Source of the DNA: Balanoglossus misakiensis
Taxonomy: Eukaryota > Animalia > Hemichordata
Assembly (NCBI GenBank): GCA_040954595.2
Contig: CM082587.2
Span: forward strand, 3,294,275 to 3,358,274
DNA: 64,000 bases
Reading direction: 5' to 3'
Shown here: one piece after another, positions 13,225 through 25,339 of the stretch
Layout of the letters: the number at the start of each line of letters is the position of its first letter
Numbering within the stretch: the stretch's first letter is position 1
Position numbers and translations under genes: made by a program
Notes under the pieces: model-generated
Database searches by the model: none
Told to the model about the DNA's origin: nothing
What the model saw: only the letters and a program-made list of their open reading frames with translations

Positions 13225-15765
13225 TTACGGGTTGCTGTTATCTGCACCTGTAGCGCAATAGTTGCAGACATCTCCATCCGGGATACCCGAAGCATCGGCC
13301 GGAGTACTGCCACAGACGGCGTCGTCGTTGGTGGCAGTGAACTGGTTTTGACAGTACTGACGAAATAAGTTTTTGTAAAATTTTAATTAATATTGTGCTG
13401 TGGATTTCACATCACCACACACATGTCAATTCCGGTCAAATTTCACACAATAAACAAACACTGTAAATTTCTTTGAACGTGCTTAGTACACAATATTCAA
13501 TGTTTGTACAAGTTGACATGTGTTATAAAATTCTGGCCTCTACCAATGAACAACGTGAACAGTAACTCTGATACTTACATGTTTCTGAACGCACTTAAAT
13601 TTATACTGCAAAGAACTGTCGGCGTATTTGACTTGAGTGGCACAGGCAGCCTATAACAGAAAAAGAAAAAGTCAGCGATCAAATAGTCTGCAAGTAAATG
13701 ATTTGTGAGTGAGTGAGTGAGTGAGTGAGTGAGTGAGCGAGCGAGCGAGCGAGCGAGTGAGTGAACGATCGACTCCGGCGATTAACTGAGATGGATTGAA
13801 TGATCTATAGACCGACTAGAATGAACATCAAATGTTTGTGCAAGACCAGGCAGAAAAACAACAAAGTGAACTTTGCCTGTTGCAAAAAGGAGAATACTGT
13901 GAGTATTGTCGAATGGCGCATGATAGCAAGGTCATAGAGGGGTCATGAATGCGGCCTATTCCTACCTCAGACATTGGGCAACTGCAGCTGCTGGCACAGT
14001 TGGTGCTGTCATCCCAATCGCACTGCTTGCAATAACGCTCTGAAAGACACAGTTTTCTTTGGTCAGAGCTGAGGGAGACACGCCTCGAGGCTACTTCCAT
14101 CTGTCGAACACGACATTTACAAAAACCCGCCATCTTGAAATTCTCGACGATTGCAATGTAACAAGAGTGCTAAGATCTTGAAGCAAATGGTCCCTTACCG
14201 GTCAGTCCTTTCACCAGGGTTGGATTGTCGTTGTTGCACAGTTCCCCATCACAGGGAATGACACATGATTCGCCAACCACGGTTGCACCGCCACTGACCT
14301 GACATTGGGGTTGTCCTGATATCCACTGTTTTAGTGTTTGATAGAGAGGGGAGCAGAGAGAGAGAGTGAGGGACTTTTCATTTAATTCGAACGCCGTAGT
14401 GTCCAATTCAACTCCTTCTGATTGCTTTTCTTAGCGACGAGCACAGAACATTAGAACACACCCGTTAACACATTTGCATTGCCGGCGAGAAAAACATTCG
14501 ACCCACAAAAGTTGACTATCGATTTATATCCACCTACTCTGGTATCCAGACCGCAATGTATTTTAGATAGAAACACATTGCGGTCTGGATATCAGACTAA
14601 TAACCACCGTATTATACATTTACTATTTGCCACATACGCATGTGGGTAAAATATCGATGATAAAGAGAGTGCATACTGACGTTAATATCTCTGCATCCCT
14701 TTGTAACTTGAATGACGCCGGCAGCCGTGCCCAGTCTGTATCTATCAGCGCATTGCTGAAAAAAAAAAACAATAGGTTGGTGGTAAAGTAAATCTATTAG
14801 GAAATGTTATATAATTGAAACATTTCCCGTCTATTTTATAGTTGGCAAGTATATGTTCAAATGGACAATATAGAACGGTCTACAAGGTTTCAACTAAAAC
14901 TATGACGGACGGACGGGTGGACGGGTGGGCGGATGACGACTGATGGAAAATATAGCTGTTTATTCTCCTTACCATATTACTGCCGCATGTCTCTGTACCA
15001 GTGCAACTGTCAAGATCAGCTGTCCAATCGCAGGAGTAACATTCCGATACTGAAACGAATCAATCAAACAATCACTTAACAACCAATAATTACACTGTAA
15101 TCAATTAAAGTCTCACACGGTGGAGACTTCAAGCCATGAACGTGCACGTGACTTTCTCAAAGTGGTCGCTGCTGCGGTAGTACGCGCCTCGGCGAAGGAT
15201 TTCCAAACCAAATTTCGATTTCTAAAATAAAAGTCATGATATTGTCACCTTTCTGTCGCATATTGAGTTTGTTTCCACGAAAGACAACAACACCTATGCA
15301 ATTACAATAATAAAAACTTTAAAATAACGACTCACCCACATCTCTCTTACCAATAAGCTTATAGCAGAAGAAAAAAATCATGTTAATGATCACCATATAG
15401 ATACAAAGAATTATAATGATTCGCCAGAAATGTGTGTTAGCTTTGTAAGTGTAAGCGTTCACCTGGCCTTTGAATGCACAGAACCAAACACAGGTCATCT
15501 ATGAGTATGTGGAAAGCACACAAATGGCCCAAATATGAACGTAAACTCATCAGACTTTCTAATAAATTCGTCGGATACGTCTTTTCTTTCGCGAATAACT
15601 CTCGGTCAAGTCTTTTGTTAATTTCGTTAAGCTGCACTGACACTACAACACATTTTACTACTGGTCATGCAGAGAAGAATGGATGGTGGATTTGAAAGGA
15701 CTTACGAATGCCTGCAAAGAAGCAACACTTGCCGCGATGACACAGAGGATAAACACTGACTTCAT
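13225..15765 (-). CDS. Secreted cysteine-rich protein with two Ly6/uPAR (three-finger)-like domains, 212 aa; 8 coding exons
   Basis: Exons 15765-15706, 15357-15336, 15049-14973, 14755-14681, 14325-14199, 14039-13966, 13650-13579 and 13356-13225. All introns are GT-AG with compatible phases, 639 nt in total. Protein: MKSVFILCVIAASVASLQAF LIGKRDV VSECYSCDWTADLDSCTGTETCGSNM QCADRYRLGTAAGVIQVTKGCRDIN WISGQPQCQVSGGATVVGESCVIPCDGELCNNDNPTLVKGLT ERYCKQCDWDDSTNCASSCSCPMSE AACATQVKYADSSLQYKFKCVQKH YCQNQFTATNDDAVCGSTPADASGIPDGDVCNYCATGADNSNP*. It has a signal peptide and a CxxC...KGC...CN pattern. Confidence 0.85.
13706..13764. repeat. Compound (GAGT)n(GAGC)n tetranucleotide microsatellite in an intron
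   Basis: Read directly from the sequence. Confidence 0.9.
14535..14599. mobile_element. Small palindromic MITE-like element in an intron
   Basis: Inverted arms tctggtatccagaccgcaatgt / acattgcggtctggatatcaga, with TA at both outer ends. Confidence 0.6.
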
Positions 15766-18700
15766 GTCTGGAAATAGAGGTAAATGAGAGTGAGACACAG
15801 GTAAAGCCGTGATTCTCTATCCCGGGTTGTTCTTGTTGGAAAAAAACTGAAGTGTCGAGAATTTGTTGGACGTCAATATTTGTACTCGTCTGTGAAAGGC
15901 GTCAACCACTTTGTCGAGTCGTATCAACCGTTCAAACTTGTTTCCAGTGTCACTTACTCTCCTGCACCACGGGTTAAACGTTTCACATTTCTAAAATCCA
16001 TAGCTATTACTATTAAAATGTATAATGTGTCGTCTGCCTAATTGATCCCTTCTTTCCATCACGACCTCCTCTTTACTCTCCACAGCCACCACCCCTCCCC
16101 CAGCTATGAAAGAAACTGAAAGCCACCCCATAGGTGCTTCAAGTCGGTGAAAAGTGTAAACTTAATGGCACGGCGCGTAAATCGCTTACATTTATTAAAA
16201 TCTTTTGTGAAATCCATTTCAAGTAATTTGTGCTTTCTGGGGTGGCATACCGGGGTTTCTTCCAACCCATACTGTGAAATGCATTTAGTGAAATTTGCCC
16301 AGATGTACGATATGATATCCGTATTTATTAATATGGATAAATATATGGATACCTGTATTTTGAGAGCGTATAATTGGAAAAACATTTTTTTTTAAAAAAG
16401 GCCTGCATGCAGCAAACAACACAAACCAATTTAACTGCGCTGAATCTTTTATTTTTATATAAAACATATTTTGAGTTAAATGTACGGGCGTGCACATTTT
16501 ATATAAATAGGTAGGGTGTTGTTATTTTGATTTAAAGGGGACCAAACACTGAAAAATATTTATTTGCATGTGGCATTTTCGTATGGTAGGAGCAGACAAA
16601 TTAAATCTTTCCTTTCGTGGCGCTTTGAGTTGTTTTATGTACGTTCATACGTCCCCACTTCATGTAGAGGCCTACACATTGAAAAATGCAAAAGGCTTGG
16701 TTTTTGAAAATGTTATCCCTCGACGACATTCTGATGGTAGAATTACCAGTGGCATCATTACCACAGTATATGTAATTCTAGCTTCCTTATAATTTTCTTC
16801 ACACAAGGGTGTCAAATCACATTATTTTTATTGCATTGTATGTAAAAAAATCGACAACTCACGAAAGTGAGCGTTTGAACAAATGAGATGTTAATTGTAT
16901 ATGTCTTAGCTCTCTTCGGTCAAAACATTTTTGTTTTGTAGTTAGAATATAGAACTCATGCAGCCTTTTTCGCATTTTTTTATTTTTCTGCCACAAAGTA
17001 TGACATAACATTGCTTTAGCTGATGAACTTCCGTTCGTTAAACGTTACGGTAGCAAAAATCCACCATCTTGAAATAAGAGTGAAATTAGGATGAATGGTG
17101 TGTTTACCAAGGAGACGGTGGTCCACTCGGACGTTCACCACGAGGGGAGAAAAAAATATTTCCTTGCCTCTTCCTACATCTTTATGTTTTCCATAAACAT
17201 TGTATCGGGATTTCTGATGAGGAAAATGCTGTCATCCCGCCAGTCAGAAAATATTTTAGTGCCTCTGGCGTTTTGGAAACCCAAATGATGGAATCGTAAC
17301 ATATTCTCCCGTCAGAAAATCTAAGTTCATTTATACCTTTGAAAAAAAGTTCTTGAAAATATGTTGTGGTTTCAACGTACAACGTACCTGGTGAAAACGA
17401 GTTGTCTTCTGGATTCGCAAAGACTGTGTGAGGTGAGGCAACGTCAGGTGGTCTCTGCAGTTTCCGCAACAGGTCTGTCTCTTGAGCAGTTTAGTTCTGT
17501 TCTACACCGTTTACATTTATATAGAGATTGGGCGCTACGGACGATACTACTACTTGAAGGGGTGGGTTAGTTTATTACTTTCGATGTGGGTGACAACTTG
17601 CTGAACCATATAACTGACAACGAGAGAAAGTTCTCTTTTTGCCTGGGCATATAACAATCATACACACATTGGTGTGTCGTTTTCTAGAACTGAAGTGTCT
17701 GCTACATCGAAAGCGATTTGTTTTCAAGTATCAGTCGCGAGGAGCCTCTTGTAAAGAAATTCTATTCTAAAGAGCGGTGTGTTCCACGTTTTAAGTCCTA
17801 TACCCCTGCCTGCATTCACGTTGTCCAGACGAAACAGACGTCCCTGTGCAGTTAGTTGAAAACTCGAACAATAGTACACACCGTAGCATATGTTAACACA
17901 ATCCCGCGATTGGGGAAAAAAACTGAAGTGTCGAGAATTTGACTCGGTCAAAATACGTGTCAGTTCAACACACTCCAATTGAGCATGTATCACCATGTGG
18001 TCTTCTCCCACTCACAAACTGTATTACGCATTATATACGCGCTGTTAAAGATGGCAGGTTTTGTTTCACGTTTTCTACGTTTCCTAAAACCGTGTTCAGA
18101 ATCATAGATACAAACGAGTAAAGCAAAGTGTAATTAGAATCTGTATCTTTTTACTCTAGTGGTACCTCCGCTTCTATTTGATTAGAGAGTGTTCAGTTTG
18201 TAGGTTGTTTTTGCTTCGGGTGGGGAGAAGGGGTCATCGTTTTATCCTCAGAGAATTCAAGACGTTAAAATCCCAAAGGACTTGAGGGGGCACAAAAATC
18301 GGAAACTTCTTAGCATTAACAGGTGGGTGTACACCTGCTATGTTCATTGTGTCACCATGACTGGCTGTGCAGGTGTTGAGCCGATTTCACTGAATGGAAA
18401 CAGGTCAACCTAACACCGTATACATGCTCCTCAGAATTCTGAAACAGCCTGCAGCGACGGTCCAATGCAGTTTCTCAGCGGCGGCGGGTGAACGACCTCG
18501 AGACCGGCGCACAGAACATACAACAGCGGGTGTGCAGAAATGTGTGGCTATCTGAATTGGTGATTTCGTTTTCAAACCCTCATTTTCACCTCGCCAGAAT
18601 TTTTCCCAGTGCGATATCATTGTAAATATGCTATTTTGAAGGTGAACGTATACGCTTTAATTTAGAATCTGAATGTGTCCATCTATATTTATATCGTCAA

Positions 18701-21700
18701 CTCCACAGAATGCAATTACTACCTGGAAGTCGATCGCCTGGTCGTCCATTGATAGCTTGAAATATGGCCACTTTCACATTTCTGGCCTTGAAATCGCCAA
18801 TCTCGGTGCATTTTGACCGATGTTTTTCACGTTCTGTACCTATTATTAATTACTATGCACATATCTGGGGTATCTGTGCAGAGCTCACTGAAAACACTTA
18901 ATCCCAAGTGACACTCTCGCAAATTTAATCGTTTTCTCTTTCTTTCATCGTAGATGTACTTACATAACATTGATAATAATACTGAAATTAATGTGCGCTA
19001 AGGAGTGTATATCAAAAGTGTATTCCTGTCAAAATGGTGTGTGTGTGTGTGAGTGTGTTTCTGTAAAGTACTGAAGTGGTTTGATCGGACAACAAACATA
19101 CACATCAAATGACTGACAGCCTAACACGCCAGCATAATTTTCGTTTTTCACTCTTCAGTTACTCTATTCAGAAAGGAAAACTCGTGAGGTTTTGTAATTG
19201 TTACATACTGCTATAATAAGGAGAAGAACAGATGTTCAGATAATTCCTATAGTAGGTGCATTTTCATTTTCCATGATCATATAGTGGCTTTCGCCAAAAG
19301 ACTCGACTGCCCCTTAGGGAGATATTACACACTGTATCGGGGACCTAGAAATGAGGGGGGCGTCTGCTCAGTTTTCAGAACTTCATATCTTTACAAACCG
19401 CTTGGATGAAAATAGTATATATATACAGAAAACACAAAGCATATACCAGCAGAGTTTACCCTGATCCCAATCATGCAAAGAGGGTGGAAAGTGTTTTACA
19501 ATGCAATCGATTTTATTCGAAACAATGGGTTTCTCATTGGTGCGAACTGGTGGTGAAAAAAATGTATGTTGTTTACCACGAGTAGTCATTGTAATTGACA
19601 GGTGGTTTAATATTGTTAAAATGTACAAGTGGAATACTAAACAAATGTACGGAGTGCATAGGTGTCTTTGTGCAATACGGTCTCGCGGATGGGTCGACAC
19701 CTCAAAAGCAGACAACCTGTCATGCACATGCTACTCTGACATCTATCCGTTTAAGGGCGACCCTCCACCCAATGTTCATCTATCCCGTCTCCGGGCTCCG
19801 TATACTCATGTGACGGGCCAATGTTTCTGACCGGATTAAAGGCCACGTCACGTTTCAGTTTTAAAAAACGTAAACGGCTTCATCTGGGTCTGGTGGATCA
19901 CGGCAAAAATCTAACCCTTTCACACACAAATAAAATGGACAGCTATGTTTCTGAAGATGAAATTAGCCCTTATCAGCTTTTGAAATGTTCTGAGCATTCA
20001 TATCAGACACAAACATAAAAAAGGCAGACATGTATTTTTAATTGTGGCAGTTTTCTTAAAACGTTCACCATTTGCTATTTCAGTAAGAAAAGGGGGCTAT
20101 ATCCTACTTATTTTTAAAGCGAGCACGCGAAATTTTATGTCTTTTTATTGAAATGAAAACGGCACTTTAGCAGTTATTTTAATATTAAATTTTCAATGCA
20201 TAGCGCAGACGTGGGATATACTGCAATTCTATATGATCTTACCCCTGCAAATTTCCTAAATAAATGACTGTATTCGACCAAAAAAATCTTCTTTCCCGAC
20301 GAAATTCCAAATTGTCAATAACAGAATATAAATGACATAATAACAAAGTTTCAGAACACAGCGACAAATATCCCAGGCGAGAAAATTAATTCCACGGCAA
20401 AAAGTGAATTTATCAAAAAATCAAAAACCATGCTAGAAAAACATATTTATCACAGTAGGTGCAATTTCATTGTCAAGTCTGTATTTTGAGGATTACCATC
20501 GCGCATGTGCGCAAAAGTTGATGTGTCATCTCGGTAGCAACTTTCAAACGAAAATTACTGCGCACTCGTGGAGGCGCTGAAAGGAAAGAGATGAGGGAGA
20601 CTGGGCGTAGATGGCGCACGAGTTGAGGCGTTGGATGGAGAGAGATTGGGGGAGATCGGACGTAGATGGCGGCGCATGCACGAGCAGGGACTAAGTCGGG
20701 GAGCAGTTCATTGGTCTGCAAAAGGTGAAATCTCGCCAATCGCCTTGCTGCATTTTGACACACAATTCCATCGTCGAACCGCAGCGTAGGGACCATGTAC
20801 TGTGTCCACAAGTACTGTAAAGGTCAATGCACTCCATATTAACACGCATCTGTGGACGCAATGTTACGCAATAGATAATACGTGTATTGTGTTTCTTAGA
20901 CATGTACTGGCACTGAAGCCCATGCAGAGTGAACAATTCTCTTCAGACATGGAATTTTTTCAAAGTATGTTACTCGTCCTCGACCTAACGCTGAGTGAGT
21001 CTTTCCAAGAATTAAGGAATACTTTGCCAGGCCGCGTGTCGGCGCTGTCATAGTTTTCTCCAGCCACTACTAACCAATGTCAGGACTGTGTCAACGCATT
21101 TACAATGATGACGTTTTCTTTTTTTTGTTTCGTAAGTTCAATTTTTTGCCGAGTCATCCATGGTTGCAAAGCCACGGAAACGAATTGAAATAAACTTTAC
21201 AGGAAACACACTTCCAAAGCAAAAAAAAGTGCCACTGCACTACAAAATCACCAGCTCTTGTCTTGAGAAAGATCTTTATAAGTTTCTAAATGTGCAAAAA
21301 ATACCAAAAAATGAGCGGGTGTTATATATCGTGCATATGAGTGAGTGACTTAACACTGCCATAACTGTCGGGAAATGGTCCATGTTATATAACGTGACGG
21401 AAGCGCCAAACCCGGCACTTTTCCCCTTCATGACTCAAAATACACGAAGCCCTAGAATGCAACAAACTGTAGGAAACCCGATATAGCTCTTACCCTATGC
21501 TCTTACCCAGAGCACAGACTGTGTCGTTACAGCACATGGGAGACAACCACCATTTCGGGGAGAATAGACAATTTTATTAGTGGTAAGGATTATACGATAT
21601 CGCAAATTCATTTGACAGTTCTTGGAATATTATTTCCGTATGGTAATTAAACTTAAAGATAGTGCGTTATCTTCCGACAATCCGACCAAATTCCAAATGT

Positions 21701-21790
21701 ACACAAATTTCAGTAAGTTATTTCATTGAGTATTCAAAAGCATTGAGATCCGGATCAGTGGCCTATTCTCCATATAAACCAGGCAAAAAA

Positions 21791-22735
21791 TTAATTCTCT
21801 TTCAACACAATTGTGGCTTCGAAGCTGTTGTTAAACAACACCCGGTCATCAACAATTTTGGAACATTTGCTGCTTTTTAGAAGGGATATCAGGTCGTCCC
21901 GGATATCTCCTGGAACCGACTTTCGAAAATGATAAATATGAGTCAGGAAGTCCAAGATGCGGCCTCCGACGTCTGAATCCTCGTCGAACACTTCCGTGAT
22001 GTCGACCCGGTTTCCGTTGGGCTCGGGCATGACGGAGAACGCGATGCCTTTCTTCTTGAAGGCGGCCTTGACGTCGCCGGATGTGGTGAAGTTCATCCGC
22101 TCGTCGCCCAGAACGTCGCCGTGCTGTTTCCACAGGTTGTGGTAGCCTCCGTTTTCGGCGGCGGCGATGATGAGGAGTAGACCCCCGGGGAGCAAACTGT
22201 CGTACATCTCTTCCAGGGCTTCTTCGTGGTCGCGCATGTAGTACACGGCCTCCACGGCTTCGATGAAATCATACCGGGGGCCGTTCCCTTCGTGGATTTC
22301 CCGTTGCCTGCACATGAATTGTTCGTATGTCTCGTCACACCATTCGAACGTGACGCCTGCGAACTGTTCCCCGTTTTCGGCCACATGGTTTTCATACTTT
22401 CGTATTTCGTTGACAGACGGCTCCACCACGGTGCAGTGTATCTTCGGAAACGCCCCGCGCAGGCGTTGCAGCAGCATTCCGTTCATCTCGCCGGCACCGG
22501 TCCCCACGCTCAAGACCCTGAACGGAGCGCCGTTGCCATCGCCCGCGCGGCGCGTCTCGCCGCCGGCGTCCGAGAGGGTATCCACCAAAGACGGGAACAC
22601 TTCGTTGCACCATTTTGGCATGCGGTGAGACAGCCATCTGACGCGGGGCAGAAACGTTGCCCGACAGTCGCCATAGTGATCAACGTCGCTGAAAAGACTC
22701 CGGACTCCAGTCAATGTTGCGGATGAAGACGACAT
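21791..22735 (-). CDS. HNMT-like: Histamine N-methyltransferase-like class I SAM-dependent methyltransferase, intronless CDS (314 aa)
   Basis: ATG at 22735. Motifs RSLFSD, VLSVGTGAGE (SAM motif I), VVEPS, YDFI..V.AVYY, ILDFLT and VLFNN align with vertebrate HNMT. Confidence 0.88.
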   Translation of the reverse strand: MSSSSATLTGVRSLFSDVDHYGDCRATFLPRVRWLSHRMPKWCNEVFPSLVDTLSDAGGETRRAGDGNGAPFRVLSVGTGAGEMNGMLLQRLRGAFPKIHCTVVEPSVNEIRKYENHVAENGEQFAGVTFEWCDETYEQFMCRQREIHEGNGPRYDFIEAVEAVYYMRDHEEALEEMYDSLLPGGLLLIIAAAENGGYHNLWKQHGDVLGDERMNFTTSGDVKAAFKKKGIAFSVMPEPNGNRVDITEVFDEDSDVGGRILDFLTHIYHFRKSVPGDIRDDLISLLKSSKCSKIVDDRVLFNNSFEATIVLKEN

Positions 22736-23541
22736 GGTTGTATCGACGGTAATGAGATGAGAACTGCACTGCCTGTTGCGATGGGGGAGTACCAGTATTT
22801 GAACTTGAAGAACAAAGAAGAACAAGTACCTCGCCTGAACGTGTTACCGGTCCATTGTAATGCGATCGATTGTCTCCAACATACATACAAATGCTACGAC
22901 GGTAATGCGCATTATGTGTGGAGTGAGCGTGATAAGGATGCAAACAGCATCTTTTCCAATGTTACGTAATCCATGTTACGGATCCCACAGACGGAGAGCG
23001 AAACCAACGCGTACGCGTCGACGTCTTTAGATTTTTCGTGCAAATTCCAAACGCGCCTCTTGGCGTAAAATATTCGCAAGCGGCCGGGCGAATACGCATT
23101 AATTGATCAGAATTGTCCATTCACTTGGAAAGTTCCATTGTCAGAATATGATGATGAATTGTCGATTAATTATCGCGCGGATAACACGTCACAGCATCGT
23201 CAATAAAAAAATTAAATATTCAGACGTAGGACTAGCTCATCGACTGCTTTCCCGGGGGAGTACCCTTTATGGATTTAAAAGGATATATTTGAGGATATTT
23301 TATACTGTTGGGTGTGCACGGGGGTGTGGGTGCAGCCCCCAGCTGAAACTATGCCCAGTTCTTGACCAAACTATCGGCCTCCCCATTTTAATGTCTCAAT
23401 TTTGACAATATCTTACTTATTTTAGTTAGTCATTCATAAAAAGGGCAATGCATGATTAATTGTATTCGTCGTCATCCTCATCATAATGATAGACTGTAGT
23501 CAGTACACAGGTCAATTTGTTTCCTTTGTGTTGCTGAAGTT

Positions 23542-23614
23542 TGCCGTGAACGAAATCGACAAGGCGGGTGTCAGTCTGAAATTGACACCCGCCTTGTCAA
23601 ATTTGGCCACGGTA
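23542..23614. mobile_element. Palindromic MITE-like hairpin
   Basis: Perfect 16-bp inverted repeat gacaaggcgggtgtca / tgacacccgccttgtc, extended by imperfect outer arms (ccgtg / cacgg). Confidence 0.55.
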
Positions 23615-25339
23615 GAATTAAATGTCTTTCAAAACCAATTATGTACTTTCGCACAGTGCTCATTGATGCGTGAAAGGTTGGGATTCGGGTTGTTACAAGG
23701 AGGGATAGGATGGAGGAATGGTGGTTATGTCCCATTTCACAAATCTAGAACTATAGAATGCTAAACGACGGTCACTCCAGTGACTGTGGTTAAACTGTCC
23801 ACCGTTCACGTTCTGCCTGTCAACATAGCGCATGTGTATGTTGAGTGATCGTTGTTATTACTAATAATAAAAGCTCGGTGTACGCATCATGATACATGGC
23901 GTGTTGAGACAGTTGACAATTTGAGGTTATTTCAATCATGCTTATGGATTCATGGACGAAAACAACGAAGTTAACTAAACGAAAACGCCCGCGGCCAGAC
24001 CTGGCCAGGGATTGAGATTGAGTGAGACTGGTCTTACATAATGACCGTGTAACTAACGACCTGAGGCGTTGGCAATTTTACCTGCGTAATGTATGCTTAC
24101 TCAGGTGAGCTAACATTGGTACAGGCATTAATTGTCTTCTTAGACTGCATGTCAGGAGTCATTCACGACTTCTTTGTCTTAATTAGTACACAAAAGAATA
24201 TTCTGATTACTCTTTGTAAATGTTCTCAGCTCGAAACCCCACTTTTCTTATGCATTTAATTTCATGAAGTTAATAAAATAAAACGTTACTCTGGCACGTT
24301 TAGGGCAAAATAGATATGCCGCGCGTGACTGTATTATTCTGACAAACTAATTGTTTCTGGGAAGGTCAATGTCGCCACTATCTAAAAGTATAACATTTAT
24401 ATTGTTTCGTCATCATGATTTTATTTTTGAGTGGAAACGTTATTGTCACCAGCAGACAAATCATGAACTGATCGATGTGACATGCCCGGCGCACGCCCAC
24501 CATAAACCAAGCTTAGACATGTACCAATTCCAAAAATATACTGAACACAGCGTTTCTTGTTCGACATGGCGTGGAGATCCTACAATGCGCAGCCCTTGTA
24601 AAAGAATAATTTTTGGGAAAGGGAAATTAGTCATGGGCTTAAGTGAAAATCGATTATAATAGCATGCAATTCTGGATTTTATTGTAACAAAAGTATTGCT
24701 GAAATGGCCATGTACTGTCTCAACTATCTAAAAGAACGACATTTGTATAGTTCAAGTGTATAATTTCGTCACTGTCTTTTTTAGCAAGAGTGAACAAAAT
24801 ACTCTTAATCCACAAAACATGCACGTGTCGACGTGGCACCGAGCCCACAATGAAATCAAGTCGAGACAGGCATTAATTCCCAAAATATACACCTTTCTTG
24901 TTCAACATGGCATCTTGATCTTAGAAATTATATCCCGTTCATTGCCCTGCGTTCGAGTGAATTGCGCCCTCAAACGAGCTATAAACTTCCACTACAGCAT
25001 TTGTTTTTATGGTGTTTTTTATCGGCATTCGTGACATATCAATATCAACTTTCCTAAAAGTGTAGTACGCTACAGGGCAGTGATTGTTTTATAGGCCTAC
25101 CTACCACCACTTGATCGTGGTTTTGGTGTAAAACAACGGCATTTCTGCTAGTGTTACTTTTGGAATAAAACTCACGAAATACCAATATATTATTTTCCTG
25201 TATCTAATGAAATGACCGTCACCCTCCCACTTTTCGTTAGTAAATATTCCAACTTCGACTTTAAATATTCTTTTTTCTTCATTTTTGGCCTGGGTTATAA
25301 CATGTTTTCCGTACGAACGAACGTTATGAAAAAACGCAA

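Noticed and set aside
16532-20170. Possible TTAA-AGG...CCT-TTAA (Kolobok-like) transposon remnants near 16532-17343, 18500-18660 and 19847-20170
   Set aside because: The termini are too degenerate to pair with confidence and there is no transposase ORF. A repeat library search is needed.
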